A stretch of DNA of 64,000 nt from Epiperipatus broadwayi (Eukaryota > Animalia > Onychophora): NCBI GenBank assembly GCA_028023455.1, contig JAQFVV010000007.1, positions 15,004,001 to 15,068,000 of the forward strand, given 5' to 3'. This document shows, one piece after another, positions 55,301-64,000 of this stretch. The position numbers were made by a program, and so were the translations under genes. Each line of letters opens with the position of its first letter. The stretch's first letter is position 1. The notes under the pieces are model-generated. The model searched no databases, had not been told where the DNA came from, and saw only the letters and a program-made list of their open reading frames with translations.

Positions 55301-55956
55301 GCAAAGTTTTTAAAATCATGAGTGCCATCAATAGCATGTTTATAATTCCACCAATGATACAAAATTCAAATTATTTTTGCCATTGGTTCTTTTCATCATT
55401 GAATATTGTTCAATGATTTGGAATCCTAATTTTAAAACAAGGATATCATTTATTACAATCAGTGTCTAATAAGATTTCCAAATATGTTTCTCTGGAAAAT
55501 AAAGCTGTTCATCTTTCTTTTAAATTTAAATATAGAGATCTTAAATATCTTTATAAAATCATTACTCAATAAGTTATTCTATCTGATACAATTTCAACTA
55601 TTTTAATTAGATCTTATGAGCATGATATTTGGTCTGCTTTTGTCTATTATATTCAAGCTTGTCATTCCAATGTTCTTAAATTTTCTCCTTTATTTAGGCT
55701 ACCCTCTTTATACAATCAGATTTGTGTTAATACTAATCATTTTAATTTAGATTATAATTAATTTTGTAATATTGTTAAATTTAAATGTCATGGATAATTA
55801 ATTTAAATTTACTTATTTATGTATTTTTTTAGTAATTTGTTTTTTACTTCTTTTTATTATATTATTATATTCATTATGTTAATACTCTTTTATTTTTTAA
55901 TGTGCAAACTATATTTGGCTATATGTTGTTGTTTAGCACTTAAATAAATAAATTGA
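52360..55956 (+). mobile_element. Near full-length decayed Jockey/CR1-like LINE (APE + RT)
   Basis: HINVRG, LTET*L, RGGGILI, TGDLNIP (APE); SKAFDNVNH, GVSQG, CYAGNCKIF (degenerate YADD). The 3' end runs into (ATT)n. Confidence 0.85.
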
Positions 55957-56038
<82 letters not shown>

Positions 56039-56302
56039 ATAGTAGTAGCAGCAGCAGCAGTAGTAGTAGCAGCAGTAGTAGTAGTAGTAGCCATAGCAAC
56101 AGCAGTAGTAGTAGCAGTAGCAGTAGTAGTAGACTTACTACTGTTACTGCTGCTGCTATTATTATCATTATTATCATTATTATCATCATCATCACCATCA
56201 TCATTATTGTTATTATTATTATCAACATCATTATCATCATCATCATCATCATTATTATTATTATTATTATTATTATCAACATCATTATCATCATCATCAT
56301 CA

Positions 56303-56377
<75 letters not shown>

Positions 56378-56388
56378 GCAGCAGCAGC
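55957..56388. repeat. Compound trinucleotide repeat (ATT/AGT/AGC/ATC)n at the LINE 3' tail
   Basis: Directly visible. Confidence 0.97.
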
Positions 56389-56599
56389 TTTCAAAGGACT
56401 TTATTCAACAAAGTAAAAAAGGTTACATTATTTCTTTTGTACAAATACTATTAGATTGCTAAAATTACAAATAACAATGTTTTGAAAAGAATCATAAATT
56501 CACAATTGAATGAATTGTTTTTCACCTGTGATTTTGGCATGATAGCAAATGACACTTTTTGGTTTTTGTTTCTCATTTCAGATTTATTAATCTTGAATG

Positions 56600-59080
56600 A
56601 CTTCTTTGTTAAAGGCTTGAAAGTAACTGCAAATGAGACTAGATATCACAAAGTATTTTGATTCATTAATCTTTTGTTTATATATATTATCTAGTTCATT
56701 TTTGAATACATTTGGGTGCCTTCTTGGGTTAATAATACATAAAAATTTACACATTGTGCATCACAAGTCTAATAATTTTTTTTTATTTTTTTTTTTGAAG
56801 AGTGTATATATTATTGACTAAATGTTAAGTCCTTGGCATAAAAGAAAAAGGTGATCCCATGTTTCTGAATCTTAGTGGTAAAGAGTTAGTCTACATTTTG
56901 GAAGTTTCTTTTATATCTTAGGAAATGTTGTTTGAGAAGTGAGTTGGGATTAATTTTAAATAAAAAGTCAAATAATATTTTGGTTCAAGTGTCCAGAATT
57001 TGAATTTATAGCAAAGTTGTTTGAAAATGATGTTGAGCACAGTTTGATCATTGTCCTGTAGAGGAGGTACAAATGAATGAATTTCCCAGTACTTGAATTT
57101 ATTTTGCAGTGATTTAAAAGCTAAGTTTTTATAGACAACAATAGAGTGAGTAATACTTTCAGGTATCCTTGAATTGGAGGTGGTTTATCTGTGGGAGTGA
57201 TTTTATAGACTGTTTATAGATATGAGAAGTTTTTTGCACATTGAGAGATTATATTAATTGTTTTTCAGATTCTGAATGTTATAATTGATTAATGGCCTAG
57301 ACCAAATTTTTGAGACATTTTATGAATATCAAGATTACTTGTTTTTTCCACAGATGTTTCCTGAAAAATGAGTCTACTTGATTAGTAAAAGCTTTGGTAT
57401 ATAGTATTACTGGAGTATAGTATGTGATTTTTGTAATCAGCATGTTAAAAAGTGATATCTTAGAATAAAGTGATAGGGATGATTTTGTTAGGGATTTGAT
57501 TATAATTTCTATTTTAAGTTTGTTTTGTAAAAGTAATCACATTGGTAAATGATGCAGATTCAACTGGAATCCAAGAAATGAGTTATGTTTGCCTTTAAAC
57601 TGATTTCTTGAACTACTACCGGTGTAAATGTACCAGGCACAAGATTTGTTCATATTGAATATTAATTTATTGTTGTCTTTATAATCTGAAAAAATCTACA
57701 GAAGTTTGGAAATATAATTTTTTGATGACAAAAAAATTGAAAGATGATTCATGTAAGCTATACTTGAGATGTTGGTGTTTAGGTAGAGTATGTAAATTTC
57801 AGGTATTTCATTTTTTATGGTGCTAATTAGGGGGTTTGTGTAGGAAGTGAATAATGAAGCACTAAGAGGGGAACCTTGCCGGATGGATTGGTGGAGAGGT
57901 TTTGTCAATTAAAGTAATGTGTATTTGATAGTTTAATAATAGGTTAGCAAGTAAATATTATAGGCCTTTGGTACTTTTATTTTTTTCTAGGATTTTAATA
58001 AATGTATTTATTTATATCATGACAAAGTCTGCTTCTATGTCCAGCTGAATAACATTTGGATTACATTTTTTGTGTTTTCTTATTGTCTCTATTGTCATTT
58101 TAAATAGAAATGCAGCCTGCTTTGTTGATGACTCTTTTTTTGCAAATTGCATTTTTGATAATTTTGGTATAATACAGAGCTCTATTTTGTCTTTGATTAC
58201 TGATTCTATTGTTTTGATGCCTAATGAACAGATTGTAATTAGACACAAATTTGTTAGTGTGAAAGTCTTTTTTTTTTTGTAAATGATTCAAGTAATATTT
58301 CATAGAATCCTGGTATTATATATATGGCTTTAGACAGAAAATTTGTGAGATTAGATATGTATTGAGCTGTAAATTTATTAAGATGTGCATATACAAATGT
58401 AAGAATCCCATCCATTAAATGTTGACATGAATCTGGTATTGACTCTATTTTTTGTATAAAGTCATTAGAAATAAATTGAAATTCTTCTTCTGGTTTACAA
58501 TACTAAAGTTGTGATAGATTGAGGGGAAGGATCTTTTGTAGTATGTTTTTTTTTTTAAAGTTAATATTTGCTCTAGTATGAAGTCTCCACATATAGTATC
58601 TGATTTTATTTTAATGGCAGATAATATTCAAATTAGAGAGGATGTCCTGATGCTCATATGAAATAATTTTTGGTTAAGATGTGAGGCTTATTTAAGAATA
58701 CTCTTCTTTTTTTGTTACTATGTATTCTTTAAATTGTTCTGAAATAGACTGATATGTTTTATTTATTGCTAGAAATTTGAGATGATTATGGTTTGATTGT
58801 GATTTTAAAATAACTTTTTATATGTGTCATCCATAATATTCTGGAGTTTTGTTGGAGGTGATGTGGTTCTGGTTAAATGGTTAATATTAAATGACAATAT
58901 ATTAACAAATTTACCCTAAGTTTGGACAGGATCCTTTTGTATCTTTAATTTTTTTCAAGAAAATATATACTTCCAAGAAGGAGTGCATGTTGGAAGTAGA
59001 ATTCTGGTGGTTCTTCTCGTAATGTCTGTTGATTACTATTATTATTATTTGTACTTGTGGTAATATTGTTTTTGTGATAA
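56600..59080 (-). mobile_element. Decayed L1/Tx1-like LINE ORF2
   Basis: QLDIEADF (58012-58248 ORF), SIRQGSPLSASLF and AYMNHL (57696-57908 ORF) are degenerate RT motifs in the correct order. Boundaries are uncertain. Confidence 0.65.
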
Positions 59081-59666
59081 TTATTGTTATTTAGGCATTT
59101 TTATTGATTCTGGGTTATCTTGGTCAAGCCATATTGTTTATTTGTGTTCAAAGATACATAAAATTAAACCATTTATTTTATTATTTAGTTAAATTTTATC
59201 CCGGATCTATTTTTTTATCTATTTATGAATCTTGTTATCAAAGTATATTTTTTTATAATATTTTCTATTTGTGGTGGTTGGATTGCTTACACTTTGTTGT
59301 CATTATGCGTTGTACAAAATTACACCATGCAGATTTCTGTCTATCTTAACTATATATACATAGATTCACATTAATCATAATGGTTATGTAAAACACACAA
59401 AATATTCAAAATGCATTATATCCTTCAAATTTTAAAAATAATTCAACAAATGTAAAAGGGGGGAGGGTATACTTTATTGTTAATATAAATTCTTAAATTC
59501 TTTAATTTCAAATAATTTTTACTTAAAGAGTGTGTTCATCTCAGTGCTTTTATAAATAGGCCTCTATTATGCAAAAATCAAATTGGTTTGAATTTAGCAT
59601 GCTTAGTTTAAATTTTATGCTCTCCCCATTTCAGCTTTAATATTTCACACTGTTTGTAGTTTAGAC

Positions 59667-60131
59667 CAGCAGTTGGTAACTTTTTAGATATTGCAGACCA
59701 CTAACATAATTTTTAAAGGTACAAATTAATGTGAGCATTGAGTATGATATACATATATATTTATTTATATATTAATAATTTTAACACAAGGGTGCGCCAT
59801 AGTCAAATTTGATGCCTAGTCAATTGTACAGAATTCTGTAATCTTATGTTGTTACTTTTTCTATCCAACTGACTGAGTAGGAGTTAATTAAATGCCTTTG
59901 TGGTAGTTGTTTTGCAAGTCACAATAATATTTTGTAACAAATTAATTAGCAATATAAAGTTCTTGTTCTATTTTACATATAACAAATATAGCTTTAAAAA
60001 AATTATTTTTTATTTAAAAAATTTATTACATGAGCTTAGAGGATATAAATAATATCTAAATTTCTTTGCAGACCATTAAAATTATATCATGGACCCCCAG
60101 TAATCTGTGGGCCACCAGCTGCTGACTGCTG
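59667..60131. mobile_element. hAT (Charlie-like) MITE, 8-bp TSD
   Basis: GTTTAGAC at 59659-59666 and 60132-60139. Termini cagcagttgg / ctgactgctg. Confidence 0.85.
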
Positions 60132-63128
60132 GTTTAGACAGTAGTAAATTTAAATTAAGTTATTCAAAAAAAAATTTTTTTTCTTTATTTTTAATGTCAT
60201 TATATTTCTAGATGACAGAACTTTGTGATTTCTAAAAGTTAAATATTCATTTTTTTCCTCTGGTGAAAATTTTGTCAAACTTTTTTTTATGTGGCTTTAA
60301 AATTTATGTATATTTATATTCCAATATTTTAATTGCAAAAAAAAATCAAAAGATAATAGGGAAAATTGAATAATTGGTATTGAAAAGGAAATGAAATTCC
60401 AGTTAGAAGATTAGCCATTGTTTATTTGGCAATCACAAGCTTTGTGGGGTGTATTTTGTAGAAATATTATGATTGTTAATGATGGTGTAAATATTTGATT
60501 TTTTGGAAAATTTATTACTACATTTGTATTGTGATGATGTAGTAATTAATAAAAATGAAAAATAAATATTGATACGTATTTGTTATAGAAATATTTTATT
60601 TTTAAATATAAAAGAATATTTTCTTCTGAACATTATTACTATAGAGACTACAATAACAGAAAATACAACTGTCTAGAAATGATGTCGCTCGCCAGATTGA
60701 TTATAATATTCCATGATATAAAAATTATAAAAAAATTGTAAACTTTGAAAGCATAAATTCATAGATTTGTAGTTATTAAAAAAAAGTGTTCAGATTTTTA
60801 AATGAAACATGAAACAAAGGAGATTTTGTTCATTTTATAAACTGAATCAGCTCTGCCTAAAACTTAATGACATGACAGCATTTTGTTTTGAATAAATATG
60901 ATTTTTAAAGTAATTCTGGAAATCAAATGTGATTTTTTTTTTTAATTTATTACATTTCTAAGCAAAAATATCTATTGAATGAGGTCAAATTTGTTATATT
61001 GTGATAAATAATAATGGTTTAATATCAAAATGAAAGGTGAAAGCTTAAATCTAGTGAGAACAAGGAAATCTGTTAGAATACAGGAGGATGAAGACAAATA
61101 TAATAAAACTTATTGCAACTAATGGCAACAATAATAAAAAGCAAATTCATTTTATTATAACAACTGATTATAAAAAAGTTGTCAATTGAATCCACTTAAA
61201 TAAAAGTAATTTATTTTTTTTATATTTGCAATTTTATGATTATATGTTTTTATTTTTTAATACACATAATTTAATATTTATTGTAAATAATGTTTGTAAA
61301 GAAAATAAAATTTGAAGTGATGTTTCTATAAAACAAATTTATATTTTAGGAGTGGTATAGAATACTGCTTGTATTCTGAATGTTACTATACTGCATTGTA
61401 ACTAGATGTTGTGGATTAATATATTTTATTTGACTAAATAAAGTTTTATAACTCAATTTTTATCCACTTTCTAATTTCTGATCTAATTGAAACTTTGTAT
61501 ACACCTGTAGTCCAATGACAATTTTTTTTAGGATTTACAAAAAAAAATTAGATTTGTGAAAGTATATACTTTTAATTTTACATGTAATAGTAATGTCATG
61601 AAATACTTTTTGTAATTATAGAATGATTTTTTGAAAACTGCATAAAATAAGTGAAGACCTTAAACTTTTAATTTTATATTAATCTCATTTTAAGCATAAG
61701 CAGTTTTGTTCAACATTTTCAAAATATAATTTAAATAAATTCACTCTATTTTGTTACTTCAGTGTTACATATATAAAATCAAGAAATAAAGAAATAAAAA
61801 TAAAAATATAAAAGAAATATTTTTAAATGTTTTTAGTCACATAAATGCATTAAAAAGTAAAAAATAATTTTCTTCAGCTTTCATGAATAAAAAAACAGGA
61901 TGCTATGTTTAGAAGTATTCTTAGTTATACTTTATATAAATAGAAATTATAACATTTTATATACATAATAGGAAAAGAATAAAAAATATTAAGTCTTTAA
62001 AAATTGATAGAAAGTATAATTAAGATTATTTTTGAACATATCACCTTATATTTTTATCTATTAAGGCTGATTTTTTTACTGTATTAATATATGTAAAGTA
62101 TTTTTAAAGTCTTTTTTTCCTATTTCATGTCTACAGCAAATGTTTTTGATGTTCTGTCACTTTCACCTTTTTTTTAGCATTCTTGCATCTAACTGTAGTG
62201 CTATTTTGCTGATTTTATACCATTTAATAGCAGAAACTGGAACTAAAATTTATTTTGATTTATTAGTTTAAAAAAAAATCTAAAGATGTCAGTATTATAA
62301 AAATATCTAAAATTCAATGCAAGTAACAATGCTGCTGCTTGGTAGTAATATATTACATAAAAACCAACAATGCCTAATTGGTAGATTGTTTGTTCTTAGT
62401 CTTTAAGTATCAGCTTTTTTTTTGTTTTTTTAAATAGAAAAATTACATAATTTTCATATTTATTTACACATTTATAATTATTTAGCAACATATTTTCAAA
62501 GTATTTATTTGAAACTAAAATATTCCTAAATGTGTGTCTACATAAATATAAAACAATAACTTGGTTTTTACAATTAGATTTTGTTTGTAAAGTTGATTTT
62601 TAGTAAGACAAATCAAATGAATTCATGATTTTGGTAAAATGGAAATTGTTATTAATTCATTAAAAAGAAAGGCTTTCATAATTTTTTGTGGTATTTTGAT
62701 AATTATAAATACAATTTTAATTTTAAGGCAGAATTTCATTGCTTTGTTGATCTTTTAATAAGAATTTGTTTCAATTTTAAAAATGGAGTTCAAAGAAGAA
62801 ATAATTCATTCAGTTTTTTTTAATTATGAAAGGCAATCATCCAATAAAAAAAAATATTTTTCTTGTTCCATATTTTACTGCAGTGTTTTTTTTATATTTG
62901 CAAAATTTAAAATTTATCTCTTAAAATAAACTTAAATTTGTAATAAATAATGAAAAGATTATGAAAATAAGATACAAATTAATGGTTTAATTGTAAAAAT
63001 AAAATATTATGAGTATAACTTAAGCTGCCACTAGGGGCTTGTCAAAATAGAACTAATAGTGAATGAGTTAATATATACATATAATAACAATAAAAGTAAT
63101 AAATATGATGGTAATTAACTATTATATA

Positions 63129-63370
63129 CAGCCTTTCAATACACAGAGGTTAATTCCTTAATCCTCAACTGCCATTAAATTCAAAAAACAAAATGGAAGC
63201 AAACATCATTTTGTATTTTTAATTTAATGGCAGTTGAGAAAGGTTAAGTAATTAACTGAAAGTACTTCTGCAGTTTCAAAGACTGTATATAAGAATTAAT
63301 TACCATTATATTTATTAGTGTTATTGTTATTACAATAGTTCTTTAATTAAATGATATTTTATTTGTATTA
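63129..63370. mobile_element. Inverted pair of 3' tails of the 31490-33008 Penelope-like family
   Basis: ctcaactgccattaaatt mirrors aatttaatggcagttgag. Homologous to 32827-33008. Confidence 0.75.
63230..63271 (+). ncRNA. Hammerhead-like motif with U3-A8 core
   Basis: gcag-TTGAGAA-a-ggttaa gtaa ttaact-GAAA-GTAC-TT-ctgc. Confidence 0.55.
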
Positions 63371-64000
63371 TATATTTTGGTGATAAAAGTTTAATAAAAA
63401 TTCAATTTATCTATAAAAGCAAGAGTAAAGAAATGAAGGATATTTTCTTTTATTCAATATCATCAAAGTTTAGTTTTTTTATAGTACTACTCAAAGTTGA
63501 AAATAGTTCAAATATATATATATATTTCATATGTTAGTAGAAAACCAACGGTCTTTCTAATTTTAAAAACATACAGATATGTTTCAAATGATTTATATTT
63601 TATAAAAACATTTTAGGTACAGCAATTATTTGTAAATATAAGTACTTAAAGTAGTTGCAATTTCAAAATCATAGCAATAAAGGCAAAGCACAAGCTTTGT
63701 TAAATTATGGAATAAAACAACATATATAAGTAATGAAATTGCTGTAAACATCTACCAAATTGTAAATTCATATCAGTATATTTTATATTTTTAATTAAAA
63801 TTATTATTTAATGAAGGGGGAAAATGAGATCAAATAAGAACAGTAATTTCAAACAATTAATTGTTTAAGTGTTCAAATGATACTAAGCACACAGGACCAT
63901 AATTTTGATGCTGTGATCAGATAGATCTTCAAATTCAGATGTGTTTTCTTTTAAATTTCCAATAGTTAGCTATGATAACAGCATATTAAAATTAATGGGG

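Noticed and set aside
55890-56416. Poly-N/D/T/L/I ORFs
   Set aside because: They are translations of the compound trinucleotide repeat.

Overview
AT-rich eukaryotic (probably invertebrate) DNA. I cannot support an intact host gene; the best candidate is two phase-compatible exons at 16426-16503 and 17557-17620. The window is mostly decayed transposable elements: RTE, Jockey/CR1-like and L1/Tx1-like LINEs, a Gypsy gag, a Tc1/IS630-like transposon, two hAT MITEs and long GATA/GGTA microsatellites. The striking feature is a dense set of hammerhead ribozyme (HHR) motifs in at least six sequence families. Some sit just 3' of Penelope-like GIY-YIG endonuclease ORFs. Others are in non-coding repeats: a 422-bp tandem retrozyme-like array with a 12-bp target-site duplication (TSD), a ~477-bp family with 14- and 17-bp TSDs, and a tRNA-headed SINE-like family. 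Nearly all insertions are 'tail-out' inverted structures. Several HHRs have non-canonical cores that keep the 3-8 base pair (A3-U8, U3-A8). Everything was read by eye, so boundaries of decayed elements are approximate and ribozyme activity is inferred, not shown.
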